DNA of 64,000 bases from Bacteroidales bacterium (GTDB taxonomy: Bacteria; Bacteroidota; Bacteroidia; Bacteroidales; UBA7960). The position numbers and the translations under genes are program-made. The stretch covers positions 13,025-77,024 of the forward strand of contig JBKBSF010000003.1 of NCBI GenBank assembly GCA_046291875.1, read 5' to 3'. The notes beneath the pieces were generated by a model. It searched no databases. It saw nothing but the letters and a program-made list of their open reading frames with translations, and was not told the origin of the DNA. Shown in pieces: positions 39,998 to 50,045 of the stretch (position 1 is its first letter; every line of letters starts with the position of its first letter).

Positions 39998-40870
39998 ATG
40001 CACAAGGCCGGCTTTGTAAATATCCTGGGCAAACCCAATGTGGGTAAATCCACCCTAATGAATGCCCTTTTGGGTGAAAAACTTTCCATCATCACCCCCA
40101 AGGCGCAAACCACCCGCCACCGCATTCTGGGTATTGCCAACGACGAAAACTACCAGATTGTTTTCAGCGATACCCCCGGAATCATCAAACCGGGCTACAA
40201 GCTACAGGAACAAATGATGACCTTTGTGCAATCGGCGCTGGAGGATGCAGACCTTTTTATCCTCATGAGCCAGATCGACGACGATTTTGACGAGGAAAAA
40301 ACCTTGCTGAGGCTTAGCCAGACCGATGTGCCGGTGCTGCTGCTCATCAACAAGATTGACCTGGCCACACAGGATCAGGTGGTGGCCAAATGCGAGCAAT
40401 GGAAGGCGGCCTACCCCTCTTTCCTGGTGCTGCCCATCTCGGCTCTCAACAACTTCAACCTTGACCAGGTGATGAACAAAATCCTGGAGATCCTGCCCGA
40501 AAACCCACCCTATTTCCCCAAGGACGATCTGACCGACAGGCCGGTGCGATTCTTCGTGGCAGAAATGATCCGCGAAAAGATCCTGATGAACTATCAGAAA
40601 GAGATACCCTATTCGGTAGAGGTAGTAGTAGAGTCTTTCAAGGAAGAGGCCAGGCTGATCCGCATACGCTGTGTAATCTACGTGGCGCGCGACTCGCAAA
40701 AAGGAATCATCATTGGACACAAAGGCACCATGCTCAAAAAGATCGGCTCACAAGCCCGGCAAGACATTGAAGACTTCGTGGGCAAACAGGTCTTTATGGA
40801 TCTGCACGTAAAAGTGAGCAAAAACTGGCGCGACAACGACATGCAGCTGGGGAGGTTTGGGTATAAGTAA
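39998..40870 (+). CDS. era: GTPase Era
   Basis: GKPNVGKS, QTTR, DTPG, NKID and KH-domain IIIGHKG motifs. Confidence 0.97.
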   Translation: MHKAGFVNILGKPNVGKSTLMNALLGEKLSIITPKAQTTRHRILGIANDENYQIVFSDTPGIIKPGYKLQEQMMTFVQSALEDADLFILMSQIDDDFDEEKTLLRLSQTDVPVLLLINKIDLATQDQVVAKCEQWKAAYPSFLVLPISALNNFNLDQVMNKILEILPENPPYFPKDDLTDRPVRFFVAEMIREKILMNYQKEIPYSVEVVVESFKEEARLIRIRCVIYVARDSQKGIIIGHKGTMLKKIGSQARQDIEDFVGKQVFMDLHVKVSKNWRDNDMQLGRFGYK

Positions 40871-40884
40871 GGTATCTCTCACCC

Positions 40885-43008
40885 CTATTTCATACTCATG
40901 GAAATCCTCTTGCGCTGCACATCCACCTCCAGGATGGTTACCATTACCTTCTGGTTGAGGCTTACCACTTCCGAGGGGTTGCCCACGTAGCGGTCGGCCA
41001 GCTGGCTGATATGCACCAGCCCGTCCTGATGTGCCCCCACATCCACAAAAGCTCCGAATGCGGTGATATTGGTAACGATGCCGGGTAGCTTCATACCGGG
41101 ACGCAGGTCGTTGATACTGTTTACATTGGGGTCGAATTCAAACATCTCGATCTCCTTGCGCGGATCGCGGCCGGGTTTGGCAAGTTCGGCCATGATATCC
41201 TTCAGGGTGGGCAAGCCTACCGTGTCGGTTTTGTATTTCTCAAGCACAATCTGTTTGCGCAGTTCATCCTTTTTTATCAGTTCTTCCACGGTGGTGCCCA
41301 GGTCTTTGGCCATGGCGGTTACCACATGGTAGCTTTCGGGGTGCACGGCACTCTTGTCGAGGGGGTTTTTACTCTGGTTTACCCGCAGGAAGCCTGCCGC
41401 CTGTTCGAAAGCTTTGGCACCAAAACGCGGCACTTTCTTCAGGGCTGTGCGCGAGTCGAAGGGTCCGTTCTCATTGCGATACTCCACAATGTTCTTTGCC
41501 AGCACGGGCCCCAGGCCCGATACGTAAGTGAGCAACTCCTTGCTGGCGGTATTCACTTCCACCCCCACAGCATTCACCGAGCTTACCACCACATCGTCGA
41601 GGCTGTTTTTGAGCAGTTTCTGATCCACATCGTGCTGGTACTGCCCCACTCCGATGGATTTGGGGTCGATCTTCACCAGTTCGGCCAGCGGATCGGCCAG
41701 GCGGCGTCCAATACTTACGGCACCGCGCACCGTTACATCATAATCGGGAAATTCCTCACGGGCAATGGTGGAGGCAGAATAAACCGAAGCCCCGCTCTCG
41801 TTGACCATCACTGCCATGATATCGCGGGGGAAGCGGATGCCGCGCACCAGGTCTTCCGTTTCGCGACCTCCCGTGCCGTTGCCAATGGCAATGGCCTCTA
41901 TGTTGTAGGCATTTACCAGATTTTGTATTTTGGCTGCCGACTCCTGCCTTTTAAATGCCGGGGCATGGGGGTATATGGTTTCGTTGTGCAGCAGCTTGCC
42001 TTGCTTGTCGAGGCATACTATTTTACATCCGGTACGCAGTCCGGGGTCGATGGCCAGGATGTTTTTCTGGCCCAGCGGAGGGGCCAGCAGCAGCTGACGC
42101 AGGTTCTGGGCAAATACGCGGATGGCCTCCTCGTCGGCCTTTTTCTTGAACAACTGCCGCATCTCGGTTTCCATACTGGGAGCCATAAGCCTTTTGTAGC
42201 CATCTTTAACAGCCATCTGCACCTGTTCTGAGGCTTCATTGCGTCCTTTTACAAACATGCTTTCGAGCATCTCCAGGGCCTCTTCCTCTTCGGGCTGAAT
42301 GCTCACCTTGAGAAACCCTTCATTCTCGCCCCTAAACATGGCCAGGATCCGGTGCGAGGGAGCCTTGGCCATGGGTTCAGCCCAGTCGAACCAGTTTTCG
42401 TATTTCTCTCCTTCTGCTTCCTTCCCTTTTACCACGCGGCAGCTGAGCTCGCTCTTTTTCTCATTGAGGCGGCGGATGCGCTGGCGGGCACGGGCATCTT
42501 CATTCACCCACTCGGCAATAATATCGCGGGCACCCTGCAAGGCAGCATCCACATCGGGCACATCCTTTTCGTCGCTCACAAATGCCAGCGCCTTGGTTTC
42601 AACATCCATATTGTTTTGCGTGAAAAGCATTTTTGCCAATGGCTCCAGCCCCCGGGCCACCGCCATGGTAGCGCGGGTTTTGCGCTTGGGGCGATAAGGC
42701 AGGTACAGGTCTTCGAGCTCCGACAGGGTTTGTGCTGCCAGGATCTGTTTCTCCAGCTCGGGAGTAAGCTTCTCCTGTTCGCGAATGCTGTTCAGTATGG
42801 TATCGCGGCGTTTGTCGAGCTCCTCAAGTTGCTGCAACCGATCGCGGATGGCAGCAATCTGCACCTCGTCGAGTGTGCCGGTCATCTCTTTGCGGTAGCG
42901 CGATATAAAAGGGATGGTGGCTCCCTGCGAAAGCAATTCGGCAGTCTTCTCTACCTGCCAGGGCTTCAACCCAAGCTCCTGGGCAATCTGGGCAATGTAC
43001 TTTTCCAT
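40885..43008 (-). CDS. tex: Tex-family RNA-binding transcription accessory protein
   Basis: TIPFISRYRKE, DPGLRTGCK, ESGASVYS, IGVGQYQHD, C-terminal S1 domain. Confidence 0.95.
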   Translation of the reverse strand: MEKYIAQIAQELGLKPWQVEKTAELLSQGATIPFISRYRKEMTGTLDEVQIAAIRDRLQQLEELDKRRDTILNSIREQEKLTPELEKQILAAQTLSELEDLYLPYRPKRKTRATMAVARGLEPLAKMLFTQNNMDVETKALAFVSDEKDVPDVDAALQGARDIIAEWVNEDARARQRIRRLNEKKSELSCRVVKGKEAEGEKYENWFDWAEPMAKAPSHRILAMFRGENEGFLKVSIQPEEEEALEMLESMFVKGRNEASEQVQMAVKDGYKRLMAPSMETEMRQLFKKKADEEAIRVFAQNLRQLLLAPPLGQKNILAIDPGLRTGCKIVCLDKQGKLLHNETIYPHAPAFKRQESAAKIQNLVNAYNIEAIAIGNGTGGRETEDLVRGIRFPRDIMAVMVNESGASVYSASTIAREEFPDYDVTVRGAVSIGRRLADPLAELVKIDPKSIGVGQYQHDVDQKLLKNSLDDVVVSSVNAVGVEVNTASKELLTYVSGLGPVLAKNIVEYRNENGPFDSRTALKKVPRFGAKAFEQAAGFLRVNQSKNPLDKSAVHPESYHVVTAMAKDLGTTVEELIKKDELRKQIVLEKYKTDTVGLPTLKDIMAELAKPGRDPRKEIEMFEFDPNVNSINDLRPGMKLPGIVTNITAFGAFVDVGAHQDGLVHISQLADRYVGNPSEVVSLNQKVMVTILEVDVQRKRISMSMK

Positions 43009-43289
43009 GCAAAGGTTTTTTAAAAACGGGAGGCAAACCTACAAAATTTTTAAGGATAATCGGAGGGATTTCTTTTCGGCAGCCCAGGGAATCCCATTGC
43101 AAGATTGCCCTGCACCCGGCAAGGCAAAAACACATTGCTCACCCACTTGTATACCAGCTCTCTGAGCTCCAAAAAGCCAGCTTATGAGACCAGCACAGCA
43201 CCCGAATTGTTTAATCATCCGAAAATTTAGCTTAACAAAACCAAAACCTTTTTCACATTTAGATGTTTAAGGAAGAAAGCACAGCAGAA

Positions 43290-44777
43290 ATGAGTAAGAA
43301 AGTACTGATCATCGGTACGGGCCTCGGGGCCCTTACCTCCGCCCTTCGTTTGGCGCGTAGAGGCTACCTGGTAGAGTTGGTAGAAAAGCACTACCAGGCG
43401 GGTGGAAGGCTCAACCAGATCAAGAAGGATGGCTTCACCTTCGATATGGGGCCTACCTTCTTCAGCATGACCTACGAATTTGAAGAGTTTGTGAAGGATG
43501 CCGGAATTCAGATGCCCTTTACCTTTCGCGAACTTGACACCCTCTATGCAGTTAACTTCCGTGGATCAGACCGCAAGTTCTTTATCCACAAGGACATGGA
43601 TAAACTCGCTCGCGAATTTGAGGGCATTGAGCCCGATTTCAAAGCCAAAATGGAGCGTTTCCTCAAATCGGGTGGCACTTTCTTCCACGATGTGGAAAAC
43701 AAAATACTCAAGCGCAATTACGATAACCTTTGGGATTATCTCATGGCCATGGCCACCGTTCCGCCCAAATACCTCCCAAGGCTCTGGCGATCGGTATGGG
43801 ATGAGATGGAGAAACACTTCGAATCGCGCGAAGTGAAAGAGATCTTTTCGCTGGTGGCCTTTTTCCTGGGTGCCACTCCGTTCGATACTTCCGCCATATA
43901 CACTCTGCTCTCTTACACCGAACTGGTACACGATGGCTATCATAATGTGGAGGGTGGAATGTACAAAATTGTGGAAGGGTTGCTGCGCGAAATTGAAAAG
44001 AAAAACATCACCATACACTACAACACCGAAATCACGGGATACCAATCGCACAATGGTGCGGTAACCGCCTTTACCGATCAGAATGGCAAACAATGGACCG
44101 CTGATATTTTTCTGGTAAACAGCGATGCTGCCTCTTTCAGAGGCAAGGTATTCAACCGTGCTGCCTTCAGCGAAGAGAAACTGGATGCCATGCAGTGGAC
44201 CCTGGCACCTCTTACCCTGTATCTGGGCATCAACACCAAGCTCGACAACGTGCCGCTGCACAACTACTTTTTAGGCGACAACTTTGAGGAATACTCCAAA
44301 AAGGTTTTCAAAAACTCCATTACTTTCGAAAAACCCTACTATTACGTGAATGTGGTATCGCGCAGCGATCCGCAAAGTGCTCCTGCAGGGATGGAGGCAC
44401 TGTTTATTCTGTGCCCGGTGCCCGACCTGCGCTTCAAACCCGATTGGTCGGACAAGGAGGCCATTACCAGCAGCATTATCAATGACCTTTCAGAACGCAT
44501 GGGGGTTGACCTGAAAAAGCACATCGTTTCGCAAACCGTGCTTACCCCCGTTGACTGGGCCGAGGCATTCAATCTTTACAAAGGAAGCGGGCTGGGGCTG
44601 GGCCATGGCCTCAAACAGATCGGCAGCTTCAGACCCAAAAATTTCGACGAGATTTACAACAATGTATTCTATGTGGGTGCCAGTACCCTTCCCGGCACTG
44701 GGCTACCCATGACAGTGATAAGCTCAAAACTGGCCGTTGAACGCATAACTCAAAAACATGGACTTTTACACCCGTAA
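43290..44777 (+). CDS. crtI: Phytoene desaturase
   Basis: FAD-binding GTGLG, GGR...FDMGPT, C-terminal VGASTLPGTGLP; coupled to crtB. Confidence 0.85.
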   Translation: MSKKVLIIGTGLGALTSALRLARRGYLVELVEKHYQAGGRLNQIKKDGFTFDMGPTFFSMTYEFEEFVKDAGIQMPFTFRELDTLYAVNFRGSDRKFFIHKDMDKLAREFEGIEPDFKAKMERFLKSGGTFFHDVENKILKRNYDNLWDYLMAMATVPPKYLPRLWRSVWDEMEKHFESREVKEIFSLVAFFLGATPFDTSAIYTLLSYTELVHDGYHNVEGGMYKIVEGLLREIEKKNITIHYNTEITGYQSHNGAVTAFTDQNGKQWTADIFLVNSDAASFRGKVFNRAAFSEEKLDAMQWTLAPLTLYLGINTKLDNVPLHNYFLGDNFEEYSKKVFKNSITFEKPYYYVNVVSRSDPQSAPAGMEALFILCPVPDLRFKPDWSDKEAITSSIINDLSERMGVDLKKHIVSQTVLTPVDWAEAFNLYKGSGLGLGHGLKQIGSFRPKNFDEIYNNVFYVGASTLPGTGLPMTVISSKLAVERITQKHGLLHP

Positions 44778-45591
44778 TGCACTCAAGTGCAGCAAAACTA
44801 CTACCCACAACTACTCCACCTCCTTTTCCATGGGGGTATGGATGCTTCAAAAACAATACCGCCCGGCCATTTATGCCATTTATGGCTTTGTGCGGTTTGC
44901 CGATGAGATCGTAGATACCTTCCACGACCAGGACAAGGCAACCCTGCTGAAACGTTTTGAGGCCGAAACCTGGGATGCCATACAGCGTGGTTTCAGCACC
45001 AACCCTATCCTGCATTCCTTTCAGTGGGCTGTAAACACCTACAATATTGAAAGAGAACACATTGAAGCATTTCTTTACAGTATGGAGCTGGACCTGCACA
45101 AAAACCGCTATACCCGGGAGGAATACCACCGATATATTTACGGCTCTGCCGAGGTGATCGGGTTGATGTGCCTCAGGGTATTTTACCATCAGCAGGATGA
45201 AGCTTACCGCAGCCTGATCCATCCGGCCCGTAAGCTGGGCGAGGCCTTTCAGAAGGTAAACTTCCTGCGCGACATGCTCTCCGACTACCACGAGCGCGGG
45301 AGGGTATATTTCCCGGAAGTAGACTTCGACAATTTCGACATCCGGATGAAAGAAGACATTGAAAAGGAGATCGATCAGGACTTCAGCGAGGCTTATGAGG
45401 GGATCAAAGGGCTGCGCAAAGATGTGCGCCTGGGTGTTTTGCTGGCCTACAGCTATTACCTCAAGCTGCTTTACAAAATCCGACGGGCTCAACCTGATGC
45501 ACTGCTTGAGAAACGCTTTCGAATCTCCAACAGACGCAAACTTATGCTGCTGGCGCGCTGCTACGTGCAAAATGCAGTTGGAGCATTTTAA
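44758..45591 (+). CDS. crtB: Phytoene synthase
   Basis: YSTSFS, RFADEIVD, YIYGSAEVIG and FQKVNFLRD...GRVYFP motifs. Confidence 0.92.
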   Translation: MDFYTRNALKCSKTTTHNYSTSFSMGVWMLQKQYRPAIYAIYGFVRFADEIVDTFHDQDKATLLKRFEAETWDAIQRGFSTNPILHSFQWAVNTYNIEREHIEAFLYSMELDLHKNRYTREEYHRYIYGSAEVIGLMCLRVFYHQQDEAYRSLIHPARKLGEAFQKVNFLRDMLSDYHERGRVYFPEVDFDNFDIRMKEDIEKEIDQDFSEAYEGIKGLRKDVRLGVLLAYSYYLKLLYKIRRAQPDALLEKRFRISNRRKLMLLARCYVQNAVGAF

Positions 45592-45597
45592 CAGGGC

Positions 45598-47055
45598 ATG
45601 AAAACAGCAGCCATCATCGGATCAGGGATCGGCGGACTGGGCACCGCCCTCCGACTGGCAGCCAAAGGCTACCAGGTAACAGTTTTTGAGCAGGCCCCAC
45701 TACCCGGCGGGAAAATATCGCAGATTAGGCAACAGGGGTTTCGATTCGACACAGGACCCTCGCTCTTTACTCTCCCCCAACTGGTAGATGAGCTGTTTGA
45801 GCTTTTCGGAGAAAAACCCTCCGATCATTTCCAATACCAGAAACTCGACACCTCCTGCAAATACTTCTGGGATGATGGCACCATTATAAACGGATGGCAG
45901 GACACAACAAAGTTTGCCCGGGAGGTAGAGTCAGCCACCGGGGTACCCGAAAAAACGGTGTTGCGGTTTCTGAGGAAAAGCAAGAAACTTTACGATATTA
46001 CCGCCGACATTTTCATTTTCAGCTCCTTCCATAAACTGCGCAACTTTGCCCGACCAGCTTACCGCAGATCGTTGCTTCACCTGCATGAGCTGGATGCCTT
46101 TACTACCATGCACAAGAAGAACCGGCAATGGTTCTCGCACCCCAAAATTGTGCAGCTTTTCGACCGGTATGCTACCTATAACGGATCCGATCCCTACCAA
46201 ACTCCGGCTACCCTCAACATCATCCCACACCTGGAGCACAACATAGGAGCCTTTTTTCCTGAAAAAGGAATGTACAGCATTGTGGAAGCACTCACAGACC
46301 TGGCCCGTCGACATGGTGTAACCTTCGTATACAACACCCCTGTGCAGCAGATCGTTGTCGAGAACAGGCATGTAAAAGCCCTTGCAATCCATAATCAACT
46401 GCACCGGTTCGATGTGGTGGTTAGCAATGTGGATGTGGAAACCCTTTACCACAGGCTGATGCCCGATCAGAAACCACCCTATACACACCTGAAAACCCAG
46501 CGCTCCACCTCGGCACTGATCTTTTACTGGGGCATTAACCGTGAGTTTCCCCAGCTCAAGGTGCACAATATACTGTTTTCCAACAATTACAGGAAAGAGT
46601 TCGGGCATTTGTTTCAGACCAGGACCATTACCGACGACCCCACGGTTTACCTGTTTATCAGCTCCAAGGCTGTGCCTGGTGATGCTCCTTCAGGTCAGGA
46701 GAACTGGTACGTAATGATCAATGTGCCGGAAAACACAGGGCAGGATTGGGATGCCCTCATAGCAAAGGCCCGAAGAGATATCATGGACAGGATCAACCGG
46801 GTGCTGCAAACCGACATTGAACAGCATATCCTGTTTGAGAGGCAGGCCGATCCGCGCAGCATTGAACAGCAAACCGGCTCGTGGGGAGGATCGCTTTACG
46901 GACCCAGCTCCAACAGCAAATTCGCCGCTTTTTTGCGACATCCCAATTTCAAAAGAAAATTCAAAAATCTTTACTTCACCGGGGGGAGTGTACATCCGGG
47001 CGGGGGCATTCCGTTATGCCTGTCTTCAGCAAAAATAGTTGGGGAAGAGATCTGA
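45598..47055 (+). CDS. crtD: CrtI/CrtD-family carotenoid desaturase (CrtD-like)
   Basis: GSGIGG, FDTGPSLFT, RYATYNGSDPY and GGSVHPGGGIPLC motifs. Confidence 0.75.
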   Translation: MKTAAIIGSGIGGLGTALRLAAKGYQVTVFEQAPLPGGKISQIRQQGFRFDTGPSLFTLPQLVDELFELFGEKPSDHFQYQKLDTSCKYFWDDGTIINGWQDTTKFAREVESATGVPEKTVLRFLRKSKKLYDITADIFIFSSFHKLRNFARPAYRRSLLHLHELDAFTTMHKKNRQWFSHPKIVQLFDRYATYNGSDPYQTPATLNIIPHLEHNIGAFFPEKGMYSIVEALTDLARRHGVTFVYNTPVQQIVVENRHVKALAIHNQLHRFDVVVSNVDVETLYHRLMPDQKPPYTHLKTQRSTSALIFYWGINREFPQLKVHNILFSNNYRKEFGHLFQTRTITDDPTVYLFISSKAVPGDAPSGQENWYVMINVPENTGQDWDALIAKARRDIMDRINRVLQTDIEQHILFERQADPRSIEQQTGSWGGSLYGPSSNSKFAAFLRHPNFKRKFKNLYFTGGSVHPGGGIPLCLSSAKIVGEEI

Positions 47056-47137
47056 TGCTGATACCATCAGGAGTTCATTGAACAGGTGCACTGTATCGGT
47101 TGCATTGGCAATAGAATTGCAGTGAGCATCTTATGTT

Positions 47138-49894
47138 TTATCCCACTTTTTGCTCTCCTCTTTCAAGCTTCTCGGCCCACTTGCGCAGACAGGCGGCAAG
47201 TATCTCAGTGGTTACCGGCTTGGTAAGGTAGTCATTCATCCCGCGGGAGATGTAATACTCAGGATCTCCCTCCATAGCCTTGGCACTCAGGCCGATTATA
47301 AAGGGAAGCTCTTTCTCCTTGTACTGTGCTCTAAGCCTGCGCACTGCGGTGAGGCCGTCCATAACGGGCATTTGTATATCCATAAAAATGAAGTCGTATT
47401 TTCCCGGCTCCATCATATCCAATGCAATCTGACCATTGGATGCCACCTCTACCGAACAGCCGATTTCGCGCAGCATCAGAGAGATTACCATCTGGTTGGT
47501 AGGTTTGTCTTCTACCAGCAACACACGGAAGGATAAATCTCCGTCACTTTCCCCGGCGGGAGTATCGGGAAGAAAAACAGATTTATCCTCATCCTTTAAT
47601 CGCGGGCATTTCAGGGTGAGGCTGAACACACTGCCCTTGCCTGGCTCACTCTCCATATCGATTCGTGCATTCATAAGCTCAGCCAGCTTTTCGGAGATGG
47701 ACAACCCCAAACCAGCACCGTCGTAATTGCGGGTATCGGAGGTATCTACCTGCGAAAACATCTTAAACAACCGCGCCGAATCCTCCTGGCTGATGCCAAT
47801 ACCGGTATCCGAAACACTGATCCGTAAAGTGACCTGTTCGCCATCATCGCCAAGGAGCTGATAGGCAAGGCACACTTCTCCTTTCTCGGTGAATTTTATG
47901 GCGTTGGAGAGCAAATTGGTGATAATCTGCGAAATACGGTTTTCGTCGGCTACAATACAATCGGGCAGCGCCTCGTCGATCTGAAGCTTAAAGGTGAGCC
48001 CCTTCTGACTGGCCAGAGCATGAAAAAGACCAAAGAGTGTATTGCCCGATTTTTTAAGATTGAAAGCGGCATGCTTGATAATCATCTTGCCTGCCTCAAT
48101 CTTCGAAAGATCCAGAATGTCATTGACAATATGCAGCAAACCGTCGGAAGATTTTTTAATGGTTTCGGCATAGAAGTGTTGCTGATCAGACAAGGGCGTT
48201 TTCATCAACAGGTCGATCATACCCATGATACCGGTCATGGGGGAGCGGATCTCGTGGCTCATATTGGCCAGAAACTGCTGCTTGATGCTGGCCACTTTGG
48301 CCGAAACTTCCATCTTCTTGTTGAGATCAGCGTTGACCACTTCGTTGGTAATATCCCAGCAGCACCCCACAATTCGTGTGGCTCTGTCCTGCTCAAAGTG
48401 GACGCTGGCAAAGAGCTTTATATGTTTGGCCTCCTCGCGTGGTCCATGGATCCGGTAGGTTTTCTCAAAGGTCTCCCGTACAAAAACTTTCTGATTGAAG
48501 ATGTATTGCAAAAACGCCTTGTCATTCTCAAGGATTACATTTTCCCACTGATGGAGCAAGGGCGCGGTGGCACTTTTCTTTATCCCGTGCAGGGTATACA
48601 TCTCATCTTCCCAGATGAGCTTTCCGCTCCTGAGATCATAATCCCAGATACCAATAGAGGCAGAGCTTGTGGCAAGCAGCAAACGCTCTGAGAGTGCTTT
48701 GAGTTGTTTTTCGTGCTTTTTGCGCCCCGAAATATCCTGGTAAATTCCTAAAACCCCCAGCTGGGAGTTATTAAGCAAAACCGGCTTCCCGTGTATATGT
48801 ACATCGATCAGCTGGCCTGTGCGGGTTTTACGTTGTGTTTCAAAGCTCAGAATCTCTCCCTCGCGAGCCTTATGTGTAAGCTCATTGCCTTCCTCCACCA
48901 GCTCTTCAGGAACGATCAGTTCGTTGATCCGCTTGCCGGTACATTCCTCGGGTTCGTACTCAAAGAGCCGGGAGAAGTTCTGATTCATCTGCTGAATCCG
49001 GTCGTCGTTGTCAAGGATAACAATGGCTATGGGGGCCTCCCGAATCAGGGTTTCGAAAAACGCTTCCTGGATCTTTAATTGTTTCTCCGCAAGCTTCTGT
49101 GCTGAGATATTGCGTGTAACTCCACCCACGGCCACCACCTGCCTGCGTTCGTTGGTAATCAAAAACCCGCGGCTGTTGCCCCAAACGGTGCTGCCATTCT
49201 TGTGAATGAATTTTATTTCGAGATCGACATTGTAATTCTGGGGGTTTAACCCCTCGCGCAGCTTTTTAAACAGATCACTTCGCAGATCTTTTATTTTTTC
49301 AACACAATCGGGATGGATGGTATCAAAAAAGTGCAGCCCGAGAAACTCCTCCGGCGTATAACCCAGAAGACCCTTTATGGAGTCGCTGATAAAGGTATAA
49401 TGCTTAAAGTCAATATCCAGCTCCCAGATCACATCGTTGATGTTTTCTGTTATCAGTCGGTACTTACTTTCTGTTTCGCGCAGCTTTTGTTCGGCTTCGC
49501 GGCGGGCCACTATATTCTCCCACTCGCGCAATGCCCTGCGGATTACCTGGCAGATATCCTGAAAAAACTGGGGTGTCTTTACCATGTAATCGATGGCACC
49601 TTTTTTTACCAGCGATACGGCCAGTTCTTCATTGCCCTGGCTGGAAATAAACACTACGGGTACTTTTTCTTTGATGCGCGGATCATCAAGGATCTTCTCC
49701 GAGGTGCCATCGGCAAGCATCCAATCACTGATGATAAGATCGCATTGCAATCCAGCATTGAGCTTATTTCGAAACTCGGTCAGGCTATTGCATACCTCCA
49801 GATGGAACTCGTCTTTTTGTTGTTGCAACGATTTTCGGATCAACTCCGCCTGGAGAGTGCTGTCTTCTATAAGTATGATATGCCTGAGATTCAT
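47138..49894 (-). CDS. Hybrid sensor kinase (REC-PASx3-HisKA-HATPase-REC)
   Basis: N-terminal receiver, PAS domains, FLANMSHEIRSP, NAIKFT, DTGIG, GLGL, C-terminal receiver MDIQMP. Confidence 0.93.
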   Translation of the reverse strand: MNLRHIILIEDSTLQAELIRKSLQQQKDEFHLEVCNSLTEFRNKLNAGLQCDLIISDWMLADGTSEKILDDPRIKEKVPVVFISSQGNEELAVSLVKKGAIDYMVKTPQFFQDICQVIRRALREWENIVARREAEQKLRETESKYRLITENINDVIWELDIDFKHYTFISDSIKGLLGYTPEEFLGLHFFDTIHPDCVEKIKDLRSDLFKKLREGLNPQNYNVDLEIKFIHKNGSTVWGNSRGFLITNERRQVVAVGGVTRNISAQKLAEKQLKIQEAFFETLIREAPIAIVILDNDDRIQQMNQNFSRLFEYEPEECTGKRINELIVPEELVEEGNELTHKAREGEILSFETQRKTRTGQLIDVHIHGKPVLLNNSQLGVLGIYQDISGRKKHEKQLKALSERLLLATSSASIGIWDYDLRSGKLIWEDEMYTLHGIKKSATAPLLHQWENVILENDKAFLQYIFNQKVFVRETFEKTYRIHGPREEAKHIKLFASVHFEQDRATRIVGCCWDITNEVVNADLNKKMEVSAKVASIKQQFLANMSHEIRSPMTGIMGMIDLLMKTPLSDQQHFYAETIKKSSDGLLHIVNDILDLSKIEAGKMIIKHAAFNLKKSGNTLFGLFHALASQKGLTFKLQIDEALPDCIVADENRISQIITNLLSNAIKFTEKGEVCLAYQLLGDDGEQVTLRISVSDTGIGISQEDSARLFKMFSQVDTSDTRNYDGAGLGLSISEKLAELMNARIDMESEPGKGSVFSLTLKCPRLKDEDKSVFLPDTPAGESDGDLSFRVLLVEDKPTNQMVISLMLREIGCSVEVASNGQIALDMMEPGKYDFIFMDIQMPVMDGLTAVRRLRAQYKEKELPFIIGLSAKAMEGDPEYYISRGMNDYLTKPVTTEILAACLRKWAEKLERGEQKVG

Positions 49895-50045
49895 ATTTTT
49901 GCCGGATAAAAAACAGATCCATTGCCAGCAGACCCGTTAAATGACCATTTTCACCTGCCTTCAGTTGCTTCCTTTGCCTGGTGGAACTGACTGGTGGCAG
50001 GCTTTTTTCGTTAAAAGACCAATAAGGGAGGTAAAACTATGAATT

